Virus record (IMG/VR): IMGVR_UViG_3300048996_000137
Coordinates: 627 to 64,626 of that record
Source: a virus
Taxonomy: Duplodnaviria > Caudoviricetes
Strand: one strand, 5' to 3'
DNA length: 64,000 bases
The position numbers were made by a program, and so were the translations under genes. Shown here piece after piece: positions 45,239-55,219 of this stretch. Under the pieces are notes generated by a model that worked only from the letters and a program-made list of their open reading frames with translations, ran no database searches and had not been told where the DNA came from. Every line of letters starts with the position of its first letter. The stretch's first letter is position 1.

Positions 45239-45537
45239 ATCGAACTGCTGCAAGATTCGATAAGATGAAACGCGTTTACAAATACCAGCTCGGCATGCGC
45301 GGCACGTCGCAAATCATCGACATGCCCGCCGGCGCCGAGCTGCTAGCGGTTCAAGTGCAACACGATGTGCCGTGCATCTGGGCGCTGGTGAACCTCGACA
45401 ATCCGATGACGCAACGAGAGTTCCTGATCGTCGGCACCGGGCACAATCTTCCCGAGCGTTACGGCGGACACGTCGGCACGTTTCAGCTGGACGGCGGCAG
45501 CTTTGTCTTTCACGTGTTCGAGTGTTCGAGGTTGTGA
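45235..45537 (+). CDS. Conserved phage hypothetical protein
   Basis: VYKY.L, MP.GA..L.VQ.Q...IWALV, GTGH, GTFQ...FVFHVFE. Confidence 0.75.
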   Translation: MNRTAARFDKMKRVYKYQLGMRGTSQIIDMPAGAELLAVQVQHDVPCIWALVNLDNPMTQREFLIVGTGHNLPERYGGHVGTFQLDGGSFVFHVFECSRL

Positions 45538-45541
45538 TGAG

Positions 45542-45760
45542 CTACTCGGGCAACCCCGCGATCACCTCGTCGGCGGCATGCGGGAATGCATGCCGCAGCT
45601 GATCGCGACACGTGTAGTAATACCGACCACGCTGCGTGCACGCGCCCTCGCGCTTGAGCCAGCGGCGCACGCGCCAACTTGGCCAGCCGAGCACCTCCGC
45701 CACTTCGGCGATGGTCCATACCACCCGCCCCGGCGGCGCTGCGTTGACTCCCCTGCGCAT
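45542..45760 (-). CDS. Excisionase/MerR-like HTH protein
   Basis: WTIAEVAEVLGW....VRRWL. Confidence 0.65.
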   Translation of the reverse strand: MRRGVNAAPPGRVVWTIAEVAEVLGWPSWRVRRWLKREGACTQRGRYYYTCRDQLRHAFPHAADEVIAGLPE

Positions 45761-45846
45761 GGCGGCGTAGTCTCCGGCCTACCTGTTCGGGGTTAGCCCT
45801 CGGTCGCAAGTGCTCGGCACTACGGCCGGGGGTTTTGCGTTTCTAC

Positions 45847-46491
45847 TCACGCCGCGATGCGGCCGCCGGCGACGGCTCGCCACGCACCGCGCGCCTGCCG
45901 CTCGAGCAGCTTCGCTTGCGCCGCGCAGTACGCGAGCGCTTGGCCGCGCTCGCGCCGCGGCTGCGCGCGCTGCACCTTCACGATCACTTCGATCTGCTCC
46001 TCGTCGCTGAGCTCGAGCCGCGAATCCTTGCGCGCCTTGGCGATGAGCGCGCGGCCCTTCACCGTGACGTGAAAGAGTGCGCCTTGCCGTCCGTACGGCT
46101 GATCGAGTCCGTCTTGCGTGGCCCAGCGCTGGCCCATGTCGCCGTACCAGAGCTCGAGCACGAGCACGCTGATCGGGCTGAGGCGCTCGAGCCGTTTCAG
46201 CTTCGCGCTGACGGTCGCGTACGTTTCCATCTGCGCTTCGTTCGGCACGTAGCCGCCGATGCTCCGCAGCTCGGCCGTCGGTCGTGCATCGAGCACGTCT
46301 CGCCAACCGATCACTTGCCCGTGCTTGCCGAACACCGGCGCGCGCTCGACCGCGTACTCGCGAGCGATCGAGTACATCTCTGCGCGCTCGAACATGCCGC
46401 CGCTTGTACTGCGCTCAAATGCCGTCTGACCACGTGAGAAAAACCACTCCAAATGCTGCTCGTCTTGGACTGAGATCGGCTCATCGCGCAT
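45847..46491 (-). CDS. Hypothetical protein (late regulator position)
   Basis: End of replication operon; VLELWYG motif. Confidence 0.55.
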   Translation of the reverse strand: MRDEPISVQDEQHLEWFFSRGQTAFERSTSGGMFERAEMYSIAREYAVERAPVFGKHGQVIGWRDVLDARPTAELRSIGGYVPNEAQMETYATVSAKLKRLERLSPISVLVLELWYGDMGQRWATQDGLDQPYGRQGALFHVTVKGRALIAKARKDSRLELSDEEQIEVIVKVQRAQPRRERGQALAYCAAQAKLLERQARGAWRAVAGGRIAA

Positions 46492-46680
46492 GCACGGCGG
46501 CTCCCGGTTTTTGTCGGTATGGACGACTGCATGACCAGCCTGCCTCAAACGACGTAGCGCACACAAGCGAGCGCGAGCAGACCGAGCGCCGCCGCCCACA
46601 GCGTCAAGACGATGACGGTCGGCACATCGGGGTCCGCCGGCCTAAACATGAGGTAGGTCCTTCGGTTGCCAAGTTGGCAG

Positions 46681-47289
46681 TCAGCCCACAAGCCGAAGCC
46701 CTTGCGGACGGGGCTCGAGCGCTTTCGCCTGTGGTTTCGTGGCGTCCCACAGCAGCGCCGGGTCGTTTCCGAGCACCTGCCAACCTGGCCGCGGGGCTCG
46801 GCCGAAGAGCTCGGTGTAGGGGCCGCGGCACAAGCGCCGCGCGATCGCGAAGATCTCGTCCGGCTTTTCTGAGTGTTTGCGCACCACGGCTTTGAACTTC
46901 GTGCGGATCGAATGGTTGCGCACGGCGGGCCGACCGCGCACCGCGATCAGACACGTCTCGTGGCTGGCGCGTAGGATGCGGCCCTGGCCGAAGTGGTCTT
47001 TGCCGTTTTTCGTGATCTTGTCCCAGACGAGCTCGGTCTTCACTTCGAAGCCCCATGCATCGAGCACGGCGAAGGCCTCTTTCTGCATGCTCGAGACGCG
47101 CCAGAAGAACATCAGGCAATCGTCGTGCATCGGCGGCAGTTCGATCAGCTCGAGCTCTTCGACCGTCATGCACGGGTAGCGATGGGCCGCGCCCTTCTTG
47201 CCGAGCGGATCGTCATGCTTCCACGGGCAATCGACGTGCAGCACGCGCGCGCGTCGGAGCGGGACACAACCGAAACGAATCTTTGTCAC
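46681..47289 (-). CDS. MT-A70 family adenine methyltransferase
   Basis: DCPW, HRYPCM, LDAWGF, VWDK, G.G...R..HE.CL...RG, HSEKPD, ELF.R..RPGW...GN. Confidence 0.92.
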   Translation of the reverse strand: MTKIRFGCVPLRRARVLHVDCPWKHDDPLGKKGAAHRYPCMTVEELELIELPPMHDDCLMFFWRVSSMQKEAFAVLDAWGFEVKTELVWDKITKNGKDHFGQGRILRASHETCLIAVRGRPAVRNHSIRTKFKAVVRKHSEKPDEIFAIARRLCRGPYTELFGRAPRPGWQVLGNDPALLWDATKPQAKALEPRPQGLRLVG

Positions 47290-47885
47290 GCGGCCTCCCG
47301 AACGCTCTTTGGAAAGCGCGAGAGCACGCGCGCCGAAAAGCTCGCCCACAAGCCGATCAAGATGGCTTCGGCCTGGTCGTCGCTGTTTACGGCGCCCGGA
47401 AAGAGCGCTCGAGCTCGAGCGACCGCGAGCGCTTTCCACTGCTCGCGCGTGAGCCCGCGTGCAGCGCCGAGAATGCGCGCGCGCCACGTCATCGCGTGCA
47501 CGCGCTCGATGCGACGCTCGCTGCCGCCGGCGAGCACCCACTGCCGCCGCCAGACGCCGATCGCACCGCCGAGCCCCACGGCCGCGCTCATGTGCCCACT
47601 GTTCCAGGGCTTTTCGATCACCATCACCGTCGAGCGCATCCGCGCTTTGTCGCGGTCCGGCCCGCCGAGCGCGAGCTCGACCACGGCATCGATGTCGTGC
47701 GAATGCAGGTCGACCGTCCCGCTCGAGAGCAGTTTTCCCGCGAAATAGACCGCCCAGCCGCTCGAGCGCGCGCCATCGATGGCGAGCAGCCAGCCCGCCG
47801 CGGGTGTGTAGAGCGCCACGAAGGGGCTGCGCCGGAGGCCGCTCGAGCGCGCAGCCATGCGCTTCGCGAAGCGTCGCGCTCTCAT
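47286..47885 (-). CDS. RuvC-like Holliday junction resolvase
   Basis: LAIDG..SGWA, VIEKP, TWR, DDQAEAILI. Confidence 0.75.
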   Translation of the reverse strand: MRARRFAKRMAARSSGLRRSPFVALYTPAAGWLLAIDGARSSGWAVYFAGKLLSSGTVDLHSHDIDAVVELALGGPDRDKARMRSTVMVIEKPWNSGHMSAAVGLGGAIGVWRRQWVLAGGSERRIERVHAMTWRARILGAARGLTREQWKALAVARARALFPGAVNSDDQAEAILIGLWASFSARVLSRFPKSVREAA

Positions 47886-48070
47886 TCGAGCACCCGGCCA
47901 TCTGCGCTCAGGCACAACGGGTCACCGCTCGGCTGCACCCGCACGTGACCGCCGCGACGTTTGCAGTCCTGTTCGTGCTGATGCCAGCAGTTGGCGAGCG
48001 CGTAGAACGCGACGATGAAGCAGGCGAAGGCGCAGCCCATCGTGACCAGCGCAAGCATGCCGCGCTTCAT
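47882..48070 (-). CDS. Small membrane-anchored protein
   Basis: N-terminal TM; C...GG...LCL..DGR. Confidence 0.55.
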   Translation of the reverse strand: MKRGMLALVTMGCAFACFIVAFYALANCWHQHEQDCKRRGGHVRVQPSGDPLCLSADGRVLE

Positions 48071-48741
48071 CGTGCGGCCCCGTACTTGATCCGCAGGTCC
48101 GGCCCGGTGTCGGTCACGAACACCGCCTGCTGCCCCAGGCGCGACGTGATGCGCGGGTCCGAGTAGCGCCGCGCGAAGTCGGAATCGGGCATGTTGAACG
48201 TCACGACCGTGCGGCAGTCGGTGTTCTTGCGTGCCTCGAGGAGGCGCACGAGCGACGGCTGCAGCTTCGCGCTCGAGCGTTCGGTCCCGAGGTCGTCGAT
48301 CACGAGCAGCGAGCACTCCATCGCGCGTTCCTGCATGTCTGCGAGTGGGCCAAACCCCGCCGCGAACGAGCGCTCGAGCGCTTGGGCTGAAAACCACGCG
48401 ACGGGGCCGGGCCCGTTCGCGATCGCGTAGGCCGAAGCGACGCTCTTGCCGCAGCCCGTGCCGCCCCGCAGAAAGAGCCACGGCGGGACGTCGGTCTTGC
48501 GTAGCCATCTGCGGACGGCCTCGAGGGAAGTGCCGACGTGCGGCATGGCCGCGCCCGCGATGATGGCTTTGCGGCAGTGCTCGACGAGGGGGACGCGCTC
48601 GGCATCGAGCCGCTGCTTGCGGCCGGCGCGCGCTTGGGCCTCGGCGGACTCGCGGTTATTGCGTTCGATGCGGGCCGCACCCTCGTCGTCGATGATCAGG
48701 GGTTCTAGGCGCGCCAGGACGGCTCGTAGTCGCTCGGTCAT
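48067..48741 (-). CDS. DnaC/IstB-like AAA+ helicase loader
   Basis: GGTGCGKS, LLVIDDLGTE, T.N, RI.SRL. Confidence 0.9.
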   Translation of the reverse strand: MTERLRAVLARLEPLIIDDEGAARIERNNRESAEAQARAGRKQRLDAERVPLVEHCRKAIIAGAAMPHVGTSLEAVRRWLRKTDVPPWLFLRGGTGCGKSVASAYAIANGPGPVAWFSAQALERSFAAGFGPLADMQERAMECSLLVIDDLGTERSSAKLQPSLVRLLEARKNTDCRTVVTFNMPDSDFARRYSDPRITSRLGQQAVFVTDTGPDLRIKYGAAR

Positions 48742-49745
48742 CGGGGGTCTCCCATCCACTCCGGGTTCTGTTGCGCCGCGTCTGTGAACTCCTGCTCGGT
48801 GCCGACGCGGCCCATCGATGCGTCGCCCGCCGCGACCGTCGTGAACCAGCGACCGGGATCGTTGGCCCACGCCCAAAACGGCCAGCCGCCGGCCTTGCCC
48901 TCTTTGTCGCCGCGCGAGAATTCCAAAAAGTTTTTGATGCTCACCCGGCACGCCGCGAGCGGTTCTTTCGGGTCCTCCTCGAGGGCCCACGCGACAGCGG
49001 ACTGCGCGCGGTCGTAGTCGGTGCGTTTCTGCTGGAAGCTGCCGCCGCCAGCTTCACGGCGCAGGTCTGAGAACGCTCCGATGATCACGCTCGAATCAAA
49101 CAACCTGATGTGAGTCACCCCTGGGGGTGACTCTTCGTGCGCGCGCACGCGCGTCTGGGTTCCAGTTCCAGTTCTAGATCCAATTCCCTTCCCTTCCCTT
49201 CCCCCGGTGTCTGCCGGGGTAGGAGCGGCACGGGTGATTTCGGCCGCGCCGACCGTCGCCGGCCCCGATTCCACGCGTGCCGACGCGTGACCCACGCGTG
49301 ACCCACGCGTCACTGACGCGAGTTTCTCGGCTGCCTGCGCGATGCCCGGCGCGACGGGTACGGGCTCGGGCAGCGATTGGCCGTTGTCGTTGGCCGCGAT
49401 GGCGCTCGGCGGCGGCGGCGGCAGCTTCGACTGCTGCTCCTTCGGGTTGATGACCTGGTGCTTTTTGAACGTCCGCACCCAGCCGTACGAGCGACCCTCG
49501 AACTCGTAGCGGACGATGAACTTCGGGGCGAGCGTGTCCATCGCCGCCGCGAAGTCGCCCTCCCACCACGGCAAGATCACGGTCTTGAGCCGCCGCGGCC
49601 GCCACTCGAAACGCCCGTCCCGATCGCTGTAGTTCCACAGGCCCGTGAACAGGCGGTAGAGCGGCATGCCGCTCTGCTCTTCGAGATCCCACAGCTCCTC
49701 GTCCAAATGCACTTCGGGTTTGATGCTGCGGATGCGCGGGATCAT
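48738..49745 (-). CDS. Replication initiator protein (lambda O position)
   Basis: RIRSIKPE, GLW..SD.DGRF, F.KHQ.IN....SKLP, GREGKG; upstream of loader. Confidence 0.85.
   Translation of the reverse strand: MIPRIRSIKPEVHLDEELWDLEEQSGMPLYRLFTGLWNYSDRDGRFEWRPRRLKTVILPWWEGDFAAAMDTLAPKFIVRYEFEGRSYGWVRTFKKHQVINPKEQQSKLPPPPPSAIAANDNGQSLPEPVPVAPGIAQAAEKLASVTRGSRVGHASARVESGPATVGAAEITRAAPTPADTGGREGKGIGSRTGTGTQTRVRAHEESPPGVTHIRLFDSSVIIGAFSDLRREAGGGSFQQKRTDYDRAQSAVAWALEEDPKEPLAACRVSIKNFLEFSRGDKEGKAGGWPFWAWANDPGRWFTTVAAGDASMGRVGTEQEFTDAAQQNPEWMGDPR
49271..49320. repeat. Iteron-like ACGCG(T) repeats in initiator gene (candidate origin)
   Basis: CCACGCGTG/ACCCACGCGT units at ~10-11 bp spacing. Confidence 0.6.
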
Positions 49746-50629
49746 GCCGTCTCCTGCTCGGGTTCGGTGTCGTTGACTGCAGCCAGGAGCGGCAGCGGCG
49801 GCGGGGGCGAAGAAAGCGGAAGCCTCACCTGCGAGAGCTCGGTGTGCGCCGCGCGCAGCTGCTTCGCGGAGTGCTCGAGCTGCTGCGCGTAGATCACGAG
49901 CTGCTTGTCGCCGAGCTCGAGCGCGACCCCGACCGCCGCGCCCATCTTGCCGTGGTTCCAGCCGTCGATGCGCACGCCCGACTTGCGCTCGAACTCGTCG
50001 GTGATCTCGTTACGACGCGTCAGCTCGCGCCGCACGTCTTCGAGCGCGTACTCCATGCGCCGCAGCTGATCGCGCAGCACTTCGGCGTCGGCACTGACGG
50101 GCTCCGCGTTCTGCAGCTTGAGCTCGTCGAGCACGCGCTGTCTGAGCCCGCTCTCGTAGTCGGCGCGATTGCGCAGCACGGCCGCGACGAAATCCGTGCG
50201 CAGCGGCTCGGCTTTGCGCCGCGGCGCCTCTTTGACCACGTCGCACTTGTTCCGGGTCACCTCGATCAGGCCCCACGCGACCGGCAGCTCGTGCAGCTTC
50301 ACGATGCCCGGCGGCGTCGCGACCCACTGGTACTCGCAGTACTTGCTGATCGCTTCGGCCTTTTCGGGCTGCACGAGCTCGCGCAGCCAATCGCTGCGCG
50401 AGACCTTCACCTCGACCGCCGCAAACCAGATGCCGCGCGACGGCCACAGCGACACGACCAGCGCGTCGGCCGTGCGCGCGAAGCTCGCGTAGCCGGTCGC
50501 GTTGCGGACCTCGCTCAGCATCGCGTGCCCCGGCGCCTTGAACTTCGACAGGCTCAGCCGCCGCAGCACCTCGCCGGCGTTCGTGATCTCAGGCTGTTTT
50601 TTGCCGACGGGTTTGCTTTTCGCGTTCAT
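49742..50629 (-). CDS. MmcB-like PD-(D/E)XK nuclease with coiled coil
   Basis: EV..TG, ADAL...LWPSRG, EVKVSRSDWLREL..PEK, ELP..WGL. Confidence 0.8.
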   Translation of the reverse strand: MNAKSKPVGKKQPEITNAGEVLRRLSLSKFKAPGHAMLSEVRNATGYASFARTADALVVSLWPSRGIWFAAVEVKVSRSDWLRELVQPEKAEAISKYCEYQWVATPPGIVKLHELPVAWGLIEVTRNKCDVVKEAPRRKAEPLRTDFVAAVLRNRADYESGLRQRVLDELKLQNAEPVSADAEVLRDQLRRMEYALEDVRRELTRRNEITDEFERKSGVRIDGWNHGKMGAAVGVALELGDKQLVIYAQQLEHSAKQLRAAHTELSQVRLPLSSPPPPLPLLAAVNDTEPEQETA

Positions 50630-51006
50630 GACACGCCTCCAATCCAAAAGACGTCGACCGGCTTGCTGCACATGCCGCCGGGAAGCTTCCGGTGGTTTGC
50701 GCGCGTGGTGATGACGAGCAGCTGCATCACGCGCTCGTCGCCGGCGATCGTGCGCGCGCGCAAAAACACTTCGTCGAAGCTCTCGCGCTGCGCGACGATC
50801 ACCGCGTAGCCGAGCTGCGAAAGAAAATCGATGTGGCCCGCGTTATAAGGAAGCTGCACGTGCGCCGTCAGCGCGATGCCCGAGTGCATCAGACACTTGT
50901 GAAGTCGCGCCCGCATCTCGGCCTCGTTCTGCGTCGAGACCAGATGCGCCCTCATGCAGCCGAAGATGACGAGCTTTTCTACGTCGATCGCATCGGTTGC
51001 GCTCAT
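50626..51006 (-). CDS. Degenerate restriction-endonuclease-fold-like protein
   Basis: E......L...GI...V.L....IDFL pattern; lacks E-x-K. Confidence 0.45.
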   Translation of the reverse strand: MSATDAIDVEKLVIFGCMRAHLVSTQNEAEMRARLHKCLMHSGIALTAHVQLPYNAGHIDFLSQLGYAVIVAQRESFDEVFLRARTIAGDERVMQLLVITTRANHRKLPGGMCSKPVDVFWIGGVS

Positions 51007-51260
51007 TCCGAGTTTTGGTGGTATCTACCAACTCGGATGTAGGCGTCAATGGCCGTCGCTAGCCAGTTTGGTAGAACATGCGGAGGTCCTCGAGTCCCGC
51101 CGTTGACTGTTGATCCCGGACGGCTCGACGCTGCATGGTTGTGCCGGAACGTGCCGGTCGGCCGTAGACAGTCCAAACCGTCCGTCGGCAGAAGACGGGT
51201 TCCCGTCGTGAAAATACGGGCGCCGGTCACTTTTTTCCCGGGTAACTTCGGTTCGCGACC

Positions 51261-51962
51261 ATGAACAGCACACGCGGTAACGGCGGCAAAAAGAAGAGCT
51301 CTCGCAAGGAACGGCTCGCGCGCATGCGCAAAGAGCAGGGAGCGCGCGCCACTGAAGCGCGCAAGCACGCGAACATCAGTCAAATCGAAATGGGCCGAAT
51401 GCTCGCGCACGAGTTCAAGCTCAAAGCGCCGCAGATGTATTTTCGGCAAGAGACCGGCATTCGCGGTCTGTCTGCGGATCAGTTGAAGTTCATCGCGCGG
51501 CACTGCGGCGTGCGTCTCGACTGGCTGACGTTCGGCGAAGGCTCGATGCTCGCCGATGGCCTCAAGCCTCTGGCGCGTGCCGGCGGCGTCAACGATGCGC
51601 ACGAGCTCGAGCAGCCGATCATGGATCTGTGGAACGACGGCTGCTGCAATCCGATTTCACCGGCGGACGTGGCGTGGTTGCGTTGGGAGCTCGAGCGGGG
51701 CATCGGACCCGACGTCGAGAGCCTCGAGCTCTCGCTCAAGGGCCATCGCTGCGCCGACAATCCGAGCGAGGAAAACCTGCGCGTGTTCAACGAGGCCTGC
51801 GACCGCCGCCGCCGTGAGCAAGGCATGCACAACTACCATTCGAGCGCGCCGCCGCCGAGCTCGGGTTTTCCCGACCACGAGGACGAGGACCTGCCGATTC
51901 TGAAGGCGCCGCCGGCGCCGCGGCTGCCGGCCGGAATGACCGAGCGCCGCAAGCGCGACTGA
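51261..51962 (+). CDS. XRE-family repressor (CI position)
   Basis: AR....SQ.E......ETG.R...IA...GV.LDWL..GEG; divergent from replication operon. Confidence 0.8.
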   Translation: MNSTRGNGGKKKSSRKERLARMRKEQGARATEARKHANISQIEMGRMLAHEFKLKAPQMYFRQETGIRGLSADQLKFIARHCGVRLDWLTFGEGSMLADGLKPLARAGGVNDAHELEQPIMDLWNDGCCNPISPADVAWLRWELERGIGPDVESLELSLKGHRCADNPSEENLRVFNEACDRRRREQGMHNYHSSAPPPSSGFPDHEDEDLPILKAPPAPRLPAGMTERRKRD

Positions 51963-51963
51963 C

Positions 51964-52431
51964 TCAAGCGCGCGCGGCGCGCACGACCGACAGCCGCGTC
52001 CGGTCCGACAGGTCTTCGATGCGCCGCTCGATGAAATCGCGCCGCGCGAACGGATAAAGCTTCATCAGCGTCTCGACATCGTGAACCGTGCGAATGTCGC
52101 GGGCGAAAAACTCCGCCGGTAGCGCGAGCGCGCGCGCCACATGTTCGACGTGCGCGGGGCCAAAACTCTCGTCGGCCGCCATCAACATCGAACGCCCGAT
52201 GCAGCGCACCACATCGCTTTCGCGATCGCGCTCGCACAAGTCGAAGTTGATCGGCACAAACAGCATGCCGCGCACCTGCTTGGTCGATAGGCGCACCGGA
52301 CGATCCGCCCATGGCAACACGGTGAAGCCGAGCGCGACCGCGTAGAAAGTTCCGCGCGCTCGGCGCGGATTGGGCCGAAGTCGATGCAGCAAAACGCGCA
52401 CGCGGTGTTCGATCTGGCCGGCAGTGGGCAT
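51964..52431 (-). CDS. ImmA/IrrE-like protein lacking HExxH
   Basis: Convergent with repressor; E..ARALALP..F resembles ImmA C-terminal motif. Confidence 0.4.
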   Translation of the reverse strand: MPTAGQIEHRVRVLLHRLRPNPRRARGTFYAVALGFTVLPWADRPVRLSTKQVRGMLFVPINFDLCERDRESDVVRCIGRSMLMAADESFGPAHVEHVARALALPAEFFARDIRTVHDVETLMKLYPFARRDFIERRIEDLSDRTRLSVVRAARA

Positions 52432-52679
52432 GGGTCCGGAAGTTTCCGGACGCGTGCAGAGTTCTGCAACGGAGATCGTCGTCTCCGTCACAACTTTCCA
52501 CACTACTACCAACTCGGCTAGCGGCAGCCACACCCCACGAATGGAAGCGCGCACACGCGTTCAGACATCCATCTCACGAACGTCGGGCGTCGAGGAGATC
52601 GCTGGACCGAAAAGTTTTTATCACCCCGTGGGGTGACAAGACTGTCGATTTCCCCCGGTCAACCCCCGCTTGTGGACCC

Positions 52680-52696
52680 TCTACCAACATGGTAGA
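52680..52696. promoter_or_regulatory. Best copy of palindromic operator-like motif
   Basis: TCTACCA-ACA-TGGTAGA upstream of recombination operon. Confidence 0.7.
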
Positions 52697-52741
52697 AACC
52701 ACAGTCCACCAATGGACTGAAACATACCACAGAGGTTGCGG

Positions 52742-54001
52742 ATGGGTTATCAGGACAAGGGTCGCAGCGCCCGGACGGCTGCGGAGCGGGAGCGGGACCC
52801 GCAGCACGGGGAGGACTTCAGAACGAATCCCGACCCGCAGCCCTCCGCTGCGCTCGCGCAAGTGACCGGCAGCTTTTCGGACGCGCGCGTTGCAAACGAG
52901 CGCCTAGCGTTCGCGAACGCGAACTTCCATCTCGTCTCGCCCTCGAGCAACTGCGGCACGCTGCAAGTCGGCTGCGAGCTCGCGCTCTCGGCCGTGATGA
53001 TCGACATCAAGGAGGAGACCTACGACGTGGGCCTCGGCAAGCGGGCGCTGCACAAGGCTCCGCTCGAGAAGATCGCGGCTGCGATTGGCCTGTCGTGGAT
53101 TCGCAACGGCTGCCATCGGCTCGATGACGGCTCAGACCCGCACTACGCGCACTTCTGCGTTGCGGGCGCCTACAAGTCGTTCGACGGCCAGATGCTCGTC
53201 GTCACGGGCGAAAAGGAAATGGACCTGCGCGAAGGCAGCGTCCGCGTGCTCGAGATCAACCGCCGAGCGGATCTCTACAACAAGAAAAACCGTCGCAGAG
53301 AGGACTTCAAGCAGCGCTACCCGGACGACCAAATCCGCATGGAACGGATGAACATCCTGTCGCACGCCGAGACCAAGGCGAAGCTGCGCGCGATCCGCTC
53401 GCTTGGCCTGCGCGCAGCGTACAAGCCGGAGGCTCTTGCGAAACCGTTCGTGTGCGCGCGCGTGATGTTCACGGGCCGCACCGACGATCCCGAGCTCGCG
53501 AAGCTGTTCGCGGGCGCGATCGCGAGCTCGTACCTCAACTCCCAAGTTGTCGGGTACGGCTCGCAGCTTCCGGCACTGCCCGCCGCAGCGCCCTCAGGCA
53601 ACGACAACCGCGATCGCGAGCCACCCGTCACGGTGAACGCCGAAGTGATCGAGCGCCACGCGCCTCCGAAGGTCGGCGAGCGTGTGTCGCCGACCGAACG
53701 CGAGGACGACGAGCTCGACCCGGACGACGACGGTGACGACTACGGGAGTGGGCCGCGCAGCGACCCACCGCCGCCACCAGCAGCAGCCGCAAGGCGCGCG
53801 CGGCCGCGGCAACAGCCGGAGCACCTCATGCCCGCCGGTCCGGAACGCGACATGCCGCTGTCGAAGGCCTCGAACGCGCAGTTGCAGTTCTGGAGTAACC
53901 GCCTGCGCGATGACCTCGACGCGGGCAACAGCCGCGACCCCGAAGCCGACGAAGACCTGTTCGAGGCGATGCTCGACGAGCTCAAGGTCAAGGACCGGTG
54001 A
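52742..54001 (+). CDS. Putative recombination/strand-annealing protein
   Basis: AETKAKLRAIRSLGLR..Y...L.KPFV; acidic disordered tail; precedes SbcD/SbcC. Confidence 0.55.
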   Translation: MGYQDKGRSARTAAERERDPQHGEDFRTNPDPQPSAALAQVTGSFSDARVANERLAFANANFHLVSPSSNCGTLQVGCELALSAVMIDIKEETYDVGLGKRALHKAPLEKIAAAIGLSWIRNGCHRLDDGSDPHYAHFCVAGAYKSFDGQMLVVTGEKEMDLREGSVRVLEINRRADLYNKKNRRREDFKQRYPDDQIRMERMNILSHAETKAKLRAIRSLGLRAAYKPEALAKPFVCARVMFTGRTDDPELAKLFAGAIASSYLNSQVVGYGSQLPALPAAAPSGNDNRDREPPVTVNAEVIERHAPPKVGERVSPTEREDDELDPDDDGDDYGSGPRSDPPPPPAAAARRARPRQQPEHLMPAGPERDMPLSKASNAQLQFWSNRLRDDLDAGNSRDPEADEDLFEAMLDELKVKDR

Positions 54002-55218
54002 AGTTCCTCGGCCTGGGTGACCTGCACTGGCTCGAGCGTTCGCGCTTGGGCGAGTGCAGGCGCATCCACGACTACATCCTCGAGCTCGTGCGCGCACACC
54101 GCCCCGATGGCGTCTTGTGCGGAGGTGACGTCTACGACGGGGCTTCGACTCCGTACGAGCGGTCGCTGGTCGCGCAGTTCTGGCAGGCCGTCGCGGAGGT
54201 CTGCCCGGTCATCATCGCGAAGGGCAACCACGACCGCCTGCTCGACTGCGCGCTGCTCGCGCGCCTCAAGTCGAAACACCCGATCATGGTCCAGGAAGCC
54301 GCGGGCATCCATCGGATCGGGGACGCGCTGATCGCAGTCGTCGCGTGGCCGGAGCGCCAGTCGATCCTCAGCTGGTCGCGCGCGCACAAGCTCGAGCCGG
54401 ACGCGCTCGAGCAGACCGTGCTGCAAAACATCCTGCGAGGCTTGGGCGCCGAGCTCGCGAAGCACAACGGCCCGAAGCTCGCGCTCGGCCACTTCATGGT
54501 GTCGGGCGCGTCTGTGAGCACGGGCCAGCCGCTGCTCGGTCAACCGATGACGGTGTCGCTCGCGGACCTGTCGCTCTTGCAAGCGCCCGTCGTGCTGATG
54601 AGTCACATCCACAAGCCGCAGACGTTCGAGTTTGGCGATCAGCGGTTTTTGTACATGGGTTCGCCGTACCGCACGAGCTACGGAGAGACCGAGGACAAGA
54701 GCGTCACCCTCGTCGAGTTTGATGACGACGACGACATCACTCCAGGCAGAGTCCTCCTTGGTGGTTTGCGCCCGGGTGCTGCACCCAGCTGCGCGCGCCT
54801 GATCCTGCCGTGCGCGCACATGTACCTGATCGATGCGGAGTGGGAGCACGACGTCTTAGCCGACGGATACGCGCTGCGGTCGGAGGACCGATGGCTGTCG
54901 ACCCTTTCAACATTCCCTGGCGACGTGAGCAACGCCGAGATTCGCTTGCGCTACACCGTCGACCCCGATCGACGTGAAGCCGCGGCCGCCGTGGCCGCAG
55001 CCTTGGAGCAGAAGTGGTACGAGCGCGGGGCCGCGGACGTGAAGCTCGACCCGTGCGTGCGTACGAGCGTGCGCGCGCGAGCGCCCGAAGTCGCGCAAGC
55101 GACGACGCTACCGGACAAGCTGAGCGCGCTCTGGAACGCGCGCAACGCAATGCCCGACGACGCGCGAAAAGAACGCCTTTTTGAGCTGGCTTCTGAGCTC
55201 GAACGCAGTACGGAGTGA
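53998..55218 (+). CDS. SbcD/Mre11-like metallophosphoesterase nuclease
   Basis: GDLH, GGDVYD, GNHD, GHF, SHIHKPQ, YMGSP. Confidence 0.92.
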   Translation: MKFLGLGDLHWLERSRLGECRRIHDYILELVRAHRPDGVLCGGDVYDGASTPYERSLVAQFWQAVAEVCPVIIAKGNHDRLLDCALLARLKSKHPIMVQEAAGIHRIGDALIAVVAWPERQSILSWSRAHKLEPDALEQTVLQNILRGLGAELAKHNGPKLALGHFMVSGASVSTGQPLLGQPMTVSLADLSLLQAPVVLMSHIHKPQTFEFGDQRFLYMGSPYRTSYGETEDKSVTLVEFDDDDDITPGRVLLGGLRPGAAPSCARLILPCAHMYLIDAEWEHDVLADGYALRSEDRWLSTLSTFPGDVSNAEIRLRYTVDPDRREAAAAVAAALEQKWYERGAADVKLDPCVRTSVRARAPEVAQATTLPDKLSALWNARNAMPDDARKERLFELASELERSTE

Positions 55219-55219
55219 C

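Noticed and set aside
46681-47289. Complete restriction-modification system
   Set aside because: No cognate restriction endonuclease is evident; orphan MT-A70 methylases are common in phages; DCPW instead of DPPW is a minor variant
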